DNA of 64,000 bases from Octopus vulgaris (taxonomy: Eukaryota), in contig OX597815.1 in NCBI GenBank assembly GCA_951406725.2, positions 213,280,001 to 213,344,000 on the forward strand, given 5' to 3'. Shown in pieces: positions 13,293 through 26,077 of this stretch. The notes under the pieces were generated by a model. It ran no database searches and was not told where the DNA came from. It saw only the letters and a list, made by a program, of their open reading frames with translations. Both the position numbers and the translations under genes were made by a program. Position 1 is the stretch's first letter. Every line of letters starts with the position of its first letter.

Positions 13293-13854
13293 GAGATATT
13301 CTATAAAATTATAACCAGCACTGATTTTTTACTACAACGTTTTGTATTGAGATATCAGATGTAAACAATGAGATCAAAGACAAAAATGGGTAATGAGTGT
13401 CTATGCCATATTTCGGGGGGTTTTGCCCCTTCATCAACACCCATCTAACCCATTCTCGCCTCCATACGCATCGCTTATATAGCCACCACCTACAGTGGTG
13501 TTAAGTTATTGGATATACCTATTTACACATTAAACACACACCTGGAGCTGGTTTGTAAACATTAACGACTTGTAGGTACGTGGTATTTCATTATGCAACC
13601 ATAATAGACTTTATAGTGGTTTATTATGGTTGCATACCAAAACACCATCTACCTACAAGTCATTAATAACATTATTGTTCATAAATTGTGAGGCAAAATA
13701 TCTTCCAGCCTCGCATTAGGTTATGCAAAGTCTTGAGAGTGAAATTTGGTAGACGGAAATTGCTTAGAAGACTGACAATATGATACATGGATGTGTATGA
13801 GATGGTAAGACAATCAAATCAGTGCATCAGACGAAATGCCTTGTGGTATTTCAG

Positions 13855-14030
13855 GAAGGTGGTGAGCTGGCAGAAACGTTAGCACACCGGGTGAAATGCT
13901 TAGCGGTATTTCGTCTTACGCTACGTTCTGAGTTCAAATTCCGCTGAGGTAGACTTTGCCTTTCATCCTTTCGGGGTCGATTAAATAAGTACCAGTTACG
14001 CACTGGGGTCAATATAATAGACTTAATCCG
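13855..14030 (+). mobile_element. SINE family C (tRNA-like head; core gcctttcatcctttcggggtcga)
   Basis: Repeated at about 34620, 38635, 38958, 49300, 51068, 53625 and 53870. Confidence 0.8.
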
Positions 14031-14636
14031 TTCCACCAGCACGGGACCAGTCAGGCAGTACTGGCAACGGCCTCGCTCGAATCTTTTTACACATGTCACT
14101 GGCACAGGTGCCAGTAAGGCGATGCTGGTAACGATTACGCTCGAATGGTGTCTTTTACGTGCCACCAGCACAGAGGCCCGATAGCCGCTCTGGCAATGAC
14201 CACGCTCAGATGGTGCTCTTGGCACCCTACTAGCAGGGCACAAGTGCCAGTAAGGCGACGCTGGTAATGATCATACTTGAATGGTGCCTTTTATGCGCCA
14301 CTGGCATGGAAGCCGTTATTTGTGGAAAGTTTTTTAAAGAGAGTCTCTGGGTTCAAAAGCCATATCTGTTCTCATTTGAGGATCTAACACTGTATTTGTG
14401 CTTGAAGTGATCAAGCTATGTTTCAGAACAGACTGCTTTCGTGTGTGTGTGTGTGTACATTCACATTTATTTTCTATTCCTATGTTGCCTTGTTTAATCT
14501 ATGTGGTAAATAAATCATAATAATCATCATCTTATACATTTAAGCCCTTATTTAGATTTAATATTCTTATGCAGATGTGAAAAATATCACTGAAATTCTA
14601 TACTAATATTTTTTTCTTTTTTGTTATTTATTGCAG

Positions 14637-14896
14637 GTTCATTAAGTACACCCGCCGAAAATAACAAGTATATGATTTTTATTGCAACATCACCTGGAAA
14701 CTTTGCCCACCTGAGTGGTTCTATGACCCTGGATCAGGTGAATGACAAGTACTGGAAAGTCAACAAGCCACTCGAAATGTTTTACTCCTTGCAAAAGAAA
14801 AGTGGCCAAGATGCTAACTCCTGCACTTTGTCATCCACTTCTTCAGGTAGCTTATGTCAGGTATCATCACAGAAGAAGAGTGGGGGAGAGAAGTGA
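14637..14896 (+). CDS. RNF2: RING1/RNF2 coding exon 3 (end of RAWUL domain, C-terminal tail, stop)
   Basis: Branch-like tactaat at about 14601, polypyrimidine tract and ttgcag| acceptor. Reads GSLSTPAENNKYMIFIATSPGNFAHLSGSMTLDQVNDKYWKVNKPLEMFY, the RING1 C-terminal motif. Joined CDS is 1335 nt in frame (444 aa plus TGA). Confidence 0.94.
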
Positions 14897-16271
14897 GAAC
14901 TGATGTAGATTGCTGGATAAATCTACTTCCTAACTTGCTGGTTACTTGTCAATCTCTCTCATTTCGCCCTTCTCTCTCCATTTCTTCAAACATTTTCCAT
15001 TCAATAGAATATCCATTAGACTCTTCATTTTAACTATTCAATAGAATATCCATTTTGTCTCAGACATCATCATCTCACCCCACTTTTTTTTTTTTTTTTT
15101 CAATTTTAAAAATTTTATTTTTCTCTCACCTGATATTTTTAAATTACACCTAGCATCTACTAGTGGGCACCCCCTTTTCATTTCCTCCTCTCTTCTAATT
15201 TTCCTTAATTGCAAATATTTTGCTTTCTTCATTCTTTTCAAGGTACCTGGTCTCTCTCAGTCATTTTTGAATCTAGCTGTTAGTCTCATTTAAACATCGT
15301 AGTTTCTATTTCTCATTGGAAACTCATTCACTTCTCTCTCTCTCTCTCTCTTACATTCATTTCTGGTCATCTTTGTTCTCATTACTATATTTTGTGTACC
15401 TTGTTCTTGCTTCTCTTCTCTTTTATCATACATAGAATAAAATGCCCTGGACTTTAAACTTGTAGCATCTGGTCTAACTTATGGCAAAGCATTGGAGTGG
15501 TTTTACTTGATGCTTTTGATTGCCTCAAAAACTGCCTTCATACAACCTGGAATGTCATTGTAAGATCTTAATAGCCCTACTAACTGTATATTTTAATAAT
15601 TAATAACGTTCCTTTTTTTTTTTTTTTCTACAATACCACTCCCCTTCTCTGCTTGTCTTAGATGCCATCATTCTTGTCAAATTGCTATACAAGATATTCT
15701 TTGATGAAAGACAAGGAACATTGAAATTTAAAAAAAAAGAAATTGAAACCATATCGAACAATTTTTTTTCTTCTCTACATGTATCTATTCTATCCTTTAC
15801 ATTTCATTGTATTTTCCATCTCTTCTTAATACAGTTTCTCTACTTCCTGTCACCCCAGCCCTCCATTATCCTTAGGGCTAGTCAACCCAGCTGTGTATTT
15901 GGTGGTATTTGTATAATCAGTTTATTATTTAGAAATGATTCAGCAAACTTTCCCACACCTCTTAGCTGTCATTTTAGTTCTACATTTGGTTGGTTGTGAA
16001 AGTATGGACATTTGGATTCTCTCAGCAGCTGGCTGCAGTTCTTCATCTAAACTGCTTCAGGGGCCAGAGTTGCTCAACCATTTCCTGCTGATACATCATC
16101 AACTACAACCAACCTATTGACTATGTTCCTTGATAATCTGAATAGTTTTCAACTGGAATAAATATATTAATTGTGCTGGTGGTACTTTCTTCTTCTTTGT
16201 TTACTTCTATTTGTTGTTAGATTCAAACTCTTATAAATAATTTAATTTGTGAGTTGTTTTTTTTAAACTAG

Positions 16272-16277
16272 AATAAA
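16272..16277 (+). promoter_or_regulatory. Candidate polyadenylation signal of the RING1/RNF2 gene
   Basis: AATAAA followed by GT/T-rich sequence about 1.4 kb after the stop. Another AATAAA lies at about 15436. No transcript evidence. Confidence 0.35.
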
Positions 16278-16282
16278 TGGTG

Positions 16283-16327
<45 letters not shown>

Positions 16328-16419
16328 TCATTCATAATATATGAATTCATAAAAACTTCTTAATGTATCATTCTACAGATCACATAGAATATATAACATG
16401 ATACAAAATAAAAACGTGC

Positions 16420-16677
16420 AGGTGGCACATAAAAAGCATCATTTGAGCGTGGCCATTGCCAGTACCGCCTGACTGGCCCCCACGTAATAAAGCACCCACT
16501 ACACTCTGCTGAGTGGTCGGCGTTAAGAAGGGCATCCAGCTGTAGAAATTCTGCCAGATCAAGATTGGAGCCTGGTGCAGCCATCTGGTTCGCCAGTCCT
16601 CAGTCAAATCATCCAACCCATGCTAGCATGGAAAGCGGATGTTAAACGATGATGATGATGATGATGATGATGATGAT
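16420..16677 (+). mobile_element. SINE family B
   Basis: aagggcatccagctgtagaaa core and (GAT)n tail. Confidence 0.8.
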
Positions 16678-18121
16678 ATATATATACACACAAGCATACA
16701 CTCACACAATATATATATATATGTATATCCTCATCATTTTAATGTTCACTTTTCCACTTGTGCATAGTTCTGGTGGAATGCATTCTGGTAGATTTTCTAT
16801 GGCGAAATGCCATTCCTGTCATCAACCTTCACCTGCGAGGTAATATTTCCCATGGTCAGACATGTTTTCATTGAATATTGGAGACGAAGGACAGTGCTGC
16901 TTGTATTATGGCTATTATACAATGTCAAGGCAAGGAGACAGAAACACAGTCATGCTCACCCATGCATGTACGTGTGTGTGTGTGTGTTAACATCTGCAAT
17001 CATACATACATGTGTCTAATAGAATAAAAACGTAGACAAGGAAACAACTGGTGACTAGTTAGATTATAACATTTATATTCATAAACTGATACAACTTAAG
17101 GGTAGAGAGGAATGTTTCTGGAGTTTCCCATTGATTTGAATTAATCATGCATTGTCTCATATCTTCAAGATGTTGATGGTGTAATTACTTAATATAGAAT
17201 AACATTGTAGGGTAGGTGCGAGAGCCTGGATCTGGTCAGTTTGAACATAAAAAGATTAACTAAATGGCGGTTTAAATACTAAAGGGTTAAGGAATGTTCG
17301 TAATGGTTGTGATATCTGCTGGTATTCTTCTATCACAGTTATCAGGTAAGTTTGTATTACTGATACTAGATGGTAGATTGAGGTTGGTGCTAGGAAGTGC
17401 GGTGCCCAATTAGAAAATTGTCAGTGGAGCCCTCTGCTCTGCAAAAGCTGAAGATTAATGTTTTATGTTTCGTGTAGTACACCGGTCCCGGCCAAAAAGC
17501 ATTGAGGGCTTGAGGCTCCACCATTAGTCAAGGATATACTAAAAATTCATCATAGCATTCTCTGTTTGAGCGTTTACGCAGGGCCCTCTCTTGGTGTGTG
17601 ACCCAATTTGAACAAATCTGTCCAATTGGCTTAAAAACATCCCCGAGGCAGGTCATCATAGGTAAAATTCAAAGCTGGATGTGAAGAAGGAAGATGTGCA
17701 GGTCGTACCTTATAATTGTTTCAAGATGTGCCTCTTGGTGCAATTCCTTGCAAGCAGTCTGCAACCAGCATTTTAGGGGCAATATGTTCCATCTTTGTAA
17801 AAAAAGTGAGTTGGGACTTGATGAGAAGTGAAAACATCAGAGTAATGGGAAATATATAGAAGTGAGCATAAAGGAAGAGCAGAAGAACAGTTCAGGTCAG
17901 ACATAAGAAGAGGAAGACTTAATATAGAATCTAATAAGGAAGACTGAGAAATAAATGTCTAGAATTAGAAGGTTTGTAGAAAGAAGTTGCCAGTGCCTTT
18001 ATGTGCAGGGGAGGGGAATGGTGTGAAGGGGACATTGTGTAGATTTGCAGTGGTGAAGGGGCGAGCAATTGAATTGTCAGTTAGCGAAACTAACCAGAGT
18101 GGGCAGTGTGTGTGGTAAGAG

Positions 18122-18572
18122 ACTTCAAACTTGAAATCTTCAAAGCCACAGTCGAACCAATTCTACAATATGGCTCAGAAACCTGGACGTTATCAAAAGA
18201 AGCTTGAGAGGTGGTTGGATGGAACCTACACTCGCCTCCTTATGAGAGCTCAAAATCTCGTGGAAGCGTCATCCAACCAAAATGCAAATATATGGGAAAC
18301 TACCACCTGTGACATCTCTTGTGAAAGGTAGAAGAGTCCAGTTTGCTGGACATTGTTGTAGAGCTGAAAAAGAGGCAATTTCTACTCTTCTCCTCTGGAA
18401 GCCATCTACTCGCAATACCAGAGGGTGCACACTCTCCTACCCTGATGTAATCTCCAGGGATACAGGCATCCAGCAACAGGACCTCCGTAATGCCATGATG
18501 GACCGTGAAGTCTGGCGTAGCATGGTAAATTCCATTGTCTCGACCATGGTCAAACAATGATGATGATGATGA
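18122..18572 (+). mobile_element. 5'-truncated RTE-type LINE (C-terminal RT region) with 11-bp TSD
   Basis: Frameshifted translation ILQYGSETWTL...LDGTYTRLLMRAQN...RRVQFAGHCCR...MMDREVWR and a (TGA)n tail. TSD tgtggtaagag at 18111-18121 and 18573-18583. Confidence 0.85.
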
Positions 18573-19547
18573 TGTGGTAAGAGGTCTTAAGTTTCAGAGG
18601 GGAGGAGATTGGATACAAAGATATAATGGACTTAGGAATAACTTGGCTGTGTGGTAGGTTGCGATAATTGGGGGAGGGGGGTGTAATGTAGGTAGGAAGG
18701 AAAGAGTTAAGCTAAGAAGAGGCGGGATTAGAGAAATAGAAGCGATAATAGTGGTGGTGGTGGTGGTGGTGGGAGGGGTTATAAGTTACCCTACTGCTCC
18801 CGTATGATAAGGTTCGCATCTGACTGGTGGACAAATGGTATTCTTAAAATTATTGTAAGGGAGGACTACCTGCACAACTTCTTATCCAGTTTCGGATTTT
18901 AGTTATGATGATCTGCCTTAACCTAATATCTAATATCAGTAAAATGAACTTAAATTATAACTGTGCTGGAAGAATATCAGATCACAACCATTATGAACAT
19001 TCCTCAACCATTCTCTTTTATTGCTTTAATCACATAATGACAAAGCAAGGAGACAGTAGCATGTGTGCACACACACACACATGCGTATTTGTGTGCATAT
19101 ACATGCAAACTTTAAAAAATGTTATCCCCCCCCCCCCGATATTTTAAGATTACACCTAGCATTTAATAGTGGGCCCCCCTCTTTTAATGTCTGCTCTAAT
19201 TTTCCTTAATTGCAAATATTTTTCAACCAATCCTTTATTGCTTGTAGTCTAAACTCCCGAAACCTTCCTTTCTATTCCTAAGTTGTATCAATTTATAAAT
19301 GTAATCAGACCAGATACTTGTTGTTCACCTGTATGTATCCTTTTTATTCTATTATGCATTTACCAACTCAATTGAAACACCACCTGTAACCAATCCTCAT
19401 TTAGGCAGCTGCGATAGCCTTGCATTTTCAGTTGCAGTTCAAGGTGGAGTTTAGACAGGAAGTCAGCCTCAGCGCTAATTGTATACACCTATTATTTTAC
19501 ATCATCAAACATAATATTACATATACACACACGTGTATGTATATATA

Positions 19548-19598
<51 letters not shown>

Positions 19599-19599
<1 letters not shown>

Positions 19600-19905
19600 G
19601 AGGCGCAATGGCCCAGTGGTTAGGGCAGCGGACTCGCGGTCGGAGGATCGTGATTTCGATTCCCAGACAGGGCGTTGTGTGTGTTTATTGAGTGAAAACA
19701 CCTAAAAGCTCCACAAGGCTCTGGCAGGGGGTGGTGGCGACCCCTGTTGTACTCTTTCGCCCCAACTTTCTCTCACTCGTTCTTCCTGTTTCTTGAGTAA
19801 CGCTGCAATGAACTGGCATCCCGTCCAGGTTGGGGGAACACATACGCCATAGAAACCGGGCCCATGAGCCTGGCTAGGCTTGAAAAGAGCGCAAAAATGA
19901 ATAAA
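19599..19905 (+). mobile_element. tRNA-derived SINE family D
   Basis: A/B-box-like head ggcgcaatggcccagtggttagggcagcgg...tttcgattccc. Other copies at 19918-20299 (-) and 39403-39848 (+). Confidence 0.8.
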
Positions 19906-19917
19906 AAATATATATAT

Positions 19918-20299
19918 CGTCGTGGCAGTCCATTGGTTATGACGACGAGGGTTCCAGTTGATCCGATCAACGGAACAACCTGCTCGTGAAATTAACGTGC
20001 AAGTGGCTGAGCGCTCCACAGACACGTGTACCTTTAACATAGTTCACAGAGAGATTCAGCAAGACACAGAGTGTGACAACGCTGACCCTTTGAAATACAG
20101 GTACAACAGAAATAGTAAGAAAGAGTGAGAGAATGCTGTGGTGAAAGAGTACTGCAGGGTTCGCCACCAACCCCTGCCAGAGTCTTGTGAAGCTTTTAGT
20201 TGTTTTCACTCAATAAACACTCAACGCCTGGTCTGGGAATCGAAACTGTGATCCCATGACCGCGAGTCCTCTGCCCTAACCACTGGGTCATTGCACTTC
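19918..20299 (-). mobile_element. tRNA-derived SINE family D (inverted relative to its neighbour)
   Basis: Reverse complement matches the head and body of the 19599 and 39403 copies. Confidence 0.8.
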
Positions 20300-20366
20300 T
20301 ATCTATCTATCTCTCTCTATATATATGCATACATACTTATATATGTGTGTGTGTGTGTGTATGTGA

Positions 20367-20700
20367 AGGCGCATGGCTCAGTGGTTAGAGCATTTAGCTT
20401 ACGAATGTGAGGTTGTAAGTTCGAATCCTGGACCGGGCTGCATGTTGTGTTCTTGAGCAAGACACTTTATTTCATGTTGCTCCAGTTCACTCAGCTGTAG
20501 AAATGAGTTGTGATATCACTGGTGCCAAGCTGTATTGGCCCCTTTGCCTTTCCCTTAGATAACATCAGTGACGTGGAGAGGAAAGGCTGTTATGCATGGG
20601 CGACTGCTGGTCTTCCATAAACAACCTTGCCCAGACTTGTGCCTAGGAGGGTAACTTTCTAGGTGCAATCCCATGGACAGTCATGACCAAAGGGGGTCTC
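20367..20700 (+). mobile_element. tRNA-derived SINE family E
   Basis: tggctcagtggttagagc (A box) and gttcgaatcc (B box), followed by a non-tRNA body cttgagcaagacacttta. Confidence 0.78.
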
Positions 20701-20719
20701 ATCATCATGTGTGTGTATA

Positions 20720-20750
<31 letters not shown>

Positions 20751-21253
20751 TATATGTATGTATTAGTTCTTGAGTGTACAATTAGATATAGGACTGCTGC
20801 CGGTGAATTCAGAGCTCTATGTAGACTATTATCATCTAGTTTACTTTGATACAGTGGTGTGCTTACTACTATATTTAGTAGTATTGTTGGTTATCATGTA
20901 CTGAACAAATATTGAAAAAAAAAAGATAAATTCGATCAACACAACATTTGAGGTTTATACCATTTGATTCTTCAGCATATTTCACTCTTCTACTTGTATT
21001 CTCAGCAGCAAGTATTCACAGTGAAATTAGATGCAGATCCATGATGGCTCTTCTTTATTATACTATGTTCACACAGAACAAATGCTATGTATCAATAATA
21101 ATATAATAAAGTAGTGTTCTCTTGAAGAACTTTGTAGATCTGCATCTAAATACACTATGAACATCCACTGCAGAGGGTGGTGCAAATAGTTGGAATGGTG
21201 AAACATGCAGAGGGAAGAAGTGGTATAAACAGCATGTTTTTCAATGACATTCA

Positions 21254-21749
21254 TCTATATATAAAACTCAACTTGTGTGTCTGTGTGTGTGTCTGTGTGT
21301 TTAACTTCCCTGCACATCTCCTCCTAGCCAACAAATTGTAGAACCACAAAAAATGGGTCACTTAAAGTTTAGGCGAATGAAAATTGAACTGCGCTATTTC
21401 TGTTCCGAAATTCATCTCGCAAGTGCAAAAATCGATAATGTGTTTGTTTAGGCCTTATCCCATGCATTGAATAGCGAACTTTACTCAGTCAGCTGTTTGA
21501 CGTGAACTGTGTTCACCACGTGTGCAAGCATGCGTAAATTGCATGAAAAATAAAAAAATCAAGATATAAAAACGAATCGCCGTAAACATTGTAGAAATTC
21601 GGCAAAGAAATGAATTTTCGGGATGTAGCCTGGAGGGTTTTTTTGTATTAATCGTTTGGACTTTGTGAACACATGCCAATTGTTTTCATAACATTTTTAA
21701 CACTTAGAATTAAATGTGACCATTTTGCAAAGCCGGGCAATACTGCTAG
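21254..21749 (+). mobile_element. Non-autonomous Helitron
   Basis: Inserted between A and T. 5' TCtatatataaa followed by a (GT/CT) microsatellite; 3' GC-rich gccgggc then CTAG. Same termini as 62988-63370. Confidence 0.75.
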
Positions 21750-21774
<25 letters not shown>

Positions 21775-21782
<8 letters not shown>

Positions 21783-21972
21783 TAAGGGCATTACTATACA
21801 TAAATGCCCCACGCTAAGAGGGACTCTTAAAGTCAAAACTACTGTAATAACCACATTGTACCGAACGCGAGAGAATGCAACTCTCGAAGCGAGCTCCCTA
21901 AAAACAGACTCAGCTGCATATGGTCCCTCCTAGCGTGAGGCATTTATGTATAGTAATGCCCTTAATATAAAT
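21775..21972. repeat. Inverted repeat with 50-bp arms and ~98-bp spacer, adjacent to (TA)n
   Basis: 21775-21824 matches the reverse complement of 21923-21972 with 2 mismatches. Confidence 0.9.
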
Positions 21973-23082
21973 AAATATATTTATAGGGAATAATTAATAA
22001 ATTTTTCCCTTTTGAGGTTTTTCACACTAACTACTTGATAAATTCTTATAAAGATTTTATCCTATATTTAAAATACATATAAAGATATCATGGATTCTCC
22101 TGTCATTAGACAACATTTGAGGGTTCAGCAATTTCTTGCCGAACAACCACACAGAAGATGATTTGTTTATGGTGATCAAATGTTTGTGTTCACATTAGCT
22201 CACTCCCTCCGTCAAATCAACATTACCTGTACAGGTGCAACTGGGTGCCACATGTCAGGTGAGAGGAAATGATCACAGAGCCACATGAAGTGAAGTGCTT
22301 TGCTCTAGAACACAATGCAATTCCTGGTCTGGGAATCGAACCCATGATCTCACAATCATGAGTGCAATGCCGTAACCACTAAGCCATGCACCTTCACAAC
22401 ATATATATATATATATACACACACATACACTCATATATAGGAGCCTGTTTGGCTGTGTAACTAAAAGCTTACTCCCCAAATGATGTGCTTGGGTTTCATC
22501 CTGTTGTAGGACACTTTGAGCAAATGTCTTCTATTATAGCCATGGACTGATCAAAGCCTAGTGTGTATGTGTGCGTGTGTGTGTGTCAATATATGTATGT
22601 ATGTGTGTGTGTGTATACATATATATAGGAATAAAAATTTATATATAAAGAACGTGAAATACACAAAGGGACGAACATAGAAAACAGACAAGTCATTCGA
22701 AGCCTTCAATCTTCAGTCAGAAACCGAATCATCATGGCAAATTTCAGCTGATTAATTCTGATATTTGCTCCAACTATGCCAGCCCCAAGGAAAAAACTAA
22801 GCTGTGGGCATTAGATTTCTTGGTAGAAGGAAAGAATGTGAATGCAACAGAGACGAATATAAATACAAAAAGTGAAAACAAATTGAAAACAATAATGGTT
22901 AAAAACAGGATAACAGCGGGTGTCTTACGACTTTAGACAAAATGAGACAAAAATAACATATGGCTTCCCTAAATCGTAACTCTGTGCCACGGGAGAGTTT
23001 TAGCCTCCGCGATGATGGGCAGATCTGGAAATTCGTCAAGTCTGGTGAGTCGTGGATAAGGGATGCCAGTTGGACTGAGCAG

Positions 23083-26077
23083 ACTACACCCACAACAACA
23101 ACTGGCAATGCAAAAATCTTGGGAAACTAACCAAGAACAATCAGCCATCCCCTGTATATCATCATCTGAAATCCAGATATAAACTGCTGTCCTTGAATGC
23201 CCGTATTTTATGCAACAAGGTGCATCTTTTTGTCTCCTACGTCAAAAGTATCAACCCAGATTTCATCACAGTCACGGAAACGTGGGCACACTCTGCACTC
23301 TGTGATGGAGTTTTCAGCATAGCCGGCTACAACCTGTTCCGCAAAGACCGCATTAATCGCCGTGGAGGGGGTGTGATGATTTATGTTCGATCAAGTCTAT
23401 CGGCAATCCCCTGTGATGATTTGAACCAATCTCAGCAGGAGGTATTTTTCTGCAATGTACACATGACCATGTCAACACTTCTGCTCGGAGTCGTTTACCA
23501 TCCTCCAAATTATCGCCAAGACGCGCAGCTTTTTGATATCCTCAGAGCTGCTGCCATGAAAACAGCCACATATGTGTATATTGCGGGGGACTTCAATTTC
23601 CCTGAGATTGACTGGGAGGCCTTCCGTTGGCCGCAAAGTGCAGACGATTTCCTTGAACTGGTGCTGAATTCGAATTGGTCCCAAGTTGTTACCTCCCCCA
23701 CAAGGGGTAACAACACTTTGGATCTGCTACTTACCGCTTCTCCTGAAACAATCATTAGTGTCGCTACCGAAGAACCTTTGGGTGACTCTGATCATTCCAT
23801 GGTCATGGCCGACTTGTCTCTGATTGGTTGTAACAAAAAACACAACCATCTTCAGACTGCCCGCTTTGACTGGAATAAAGCAAACTGGAGCTCTTATTGT
23901 ACTGAGCTGCAACGCCCAAACTGACGCGAATTTTATGCCTCTGGAGATGTGGACACTATACTCCAGAACATTCTGAATTCAATATGTGCAGCATCAGTAC
24001 CATGCAAGCACAAAAAACCACCCAATAGTGCAATTTGGGAGACTGCAGCAGTCCAACTTGCCAGGAAAGAACGCCGTAATGCTGAACGGGAATACAAGTT
24101 GCACAAATCAGAGAGCAACAGGAAAAAGCACAATAGGTCAGCCAACCACCTCAAGCAGGTGACAAAAAAGGCAGTGCTTGAATTTGAACAACGCATTGCA
24201 GCTAACCCTGACAGCAAAGGGTTCTGGAAGTATGTGTACTCAAAGCAGAGACCCCACTCTCCTGTTGGTCCCCTTCGCAATCTCCACACAGGACAGATTA
24301 CTGGCAATCCTGAAGAATGTGCAGAAATCATTGCTGGATGCTATGCCGGCATCTTTACTGTCGAAGACCAAAATGTTCCATCATCATCACCACTGACATC
24401 GGACTCTATATCTTCTATGCAATTTACACCAGCAATGCTGCAACGCCACCTAAAGAATAAACGCAATTATGCCTCTCCTGGTCTCGATGGTGTTACATAC
24501 CTACTTCTCAAACGCGGTGGGTACTTTCTTCTAAGCCAACTTTCTCTATTCTTCCAATTCTGTCTGACAATGGTGTTACTCCAGAACAGTGGAAAACTGC
24601 CAGTGTCATCCCTCTGTTCAAAAAAGGCGACCGCACATCGCCTGTCAACTATCGCCCCGTCAGTCTTACTAGCTGCATCGCCAAACTGATGGAATCCTGT
24701 ATCAGGGAAACCCTCTGGAACTTCTGGAAGTCTCACAGCCTCATCCAGCCGTCACAATTCGGATTTATTCCTAACTCCAGCTGCTGTAATCAACTCATCG
24801 AGTTTCTTGAGGACGTTACCCAAATCACTGATCGCGGATCCTGGGTGGATGTTGTTTACCTGGACTTTGCTAAGGCTTTTAACTCTGTGCCACACAAAAG
24901 ACTTATGGTGAAGCTTTCTGCGTTGGGTGTAAGAGACGAACTCTATAACTGGTTAAAGTCCTTTATTTTCGGCCGAAAAGAGGTTGTCACAGTTCTAGGA
25001 CAGCACTCTTCGCCCTATGAGATGACATCTGGTGTGCCGCAGGGATCTGTTCTTGGCCCCCTTTTATTTGTTGCATATGTTAATGACATAGATGCCAACT
25101 TAAAGAATGCCACAGTGCTGAAATATGCAGATGACATCAACCTGTACCTCGAAATAAAGAGGTCAAATCCTATACACTATGGATCTCTATTGCAAGCAGA
25201 CCTGGACACAATGCAGCAGTGGATCATGGACTGGCAACTCAAGCTGGCTGTGGACAAATGTACCACCATGCATTTTGGGAGGAGAAACCCAGCGTCCACC
25301 TACTCCCTCCACAACACTAGTCTCAAAAAGTCTTCAAGTGAACGTGACCTGGGTGTTATTGTCGACAGTGATTTGCGTTGGACAAAACACATCGCTAAAA
25401 TTGTCAAGAAGGCTGAGGGTGTCTTGGCATCACTCACCAAATCTTTTGTGAGCCGCTCTCCGGCTATTTATCTGCGGCTTTATATAGCTATGGTAAGACC
25501 TCACCTGGAATTTGCATCACCGGTCTGGAACTCCTATCTTGCCCAGGACATCAATCGTCTGGAAGCTGTTCAGCGACGTGCAACCAAAAGAATACCCTCC
25601 ATCAGGCATTTGCCATATCCTGAATGCCTTACCTCCCTGGGCATGGACACATTGAAACTCCGACGTCTGGCAGCTGACTTGGCAGACACCCATAAAATTA
25701 TCAACCATCGCACAAACAATAACTCTGAGCACCTCTTCAAACTCCACCCATCTAACACCCATGGACATATTTACAAAGTAAGAAAACAGCACAGCTCCCA
25801 TGACTTCAGGAAACATTTTTTCACGCTGAGAGTTGCTGAAGCATGGAACAAACTGCCGACATCGGTTGTTAGTTGTCGGAGCACTGCATCCTTCAAGACT
25901 TCCATGCTTCCTGAGATTCGCCAACACTACACTTGATTTTCTCCCCTCCATACACACACACAAGCATGTTCACTTTCCAGACATTTCTACACTACTGCAT
26001 GTACTTTATATGCACTTTCTGACAAGTTGTGGTGCACCTGAGCACTGTATACAATAATTTCATTATTATTATTATAT
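23083..26077 (+). mobile_element. CR1-like LINE, 5'-truncated, with near-complete but inactivated ORF2 (APE endonuclease plus RT)
   Basis: APE motifs (LNAR, VTETW, GGGV, GDFN, LDL, SDH) and RT motifs (QFGF, YLDFAKAF, SGVPQGSVLGPLLF, YADD). Premature TGA at 23922-23924, frameshift near 24568, (TTA)n tail. Possible degenerate TSD tgagcag/caagcag. Confidence 0.93.

Noticed and set aside
14036-14312. CRISPR-like spaced repeats (gtgccac.ggcac units)
   Set aside because: These are degenerate internal tandem units of SINE family B in a eukaryotic context, with no unique spacers or cas genes.
19599-19675. tRNA-like sequences (also at about 20367, 39403, 13855)
   Set aside because: They have A/B boxes but no complete acceptor stem, and continue into shared SINE bodies, so they are SINE heads rather than tRNA genes.
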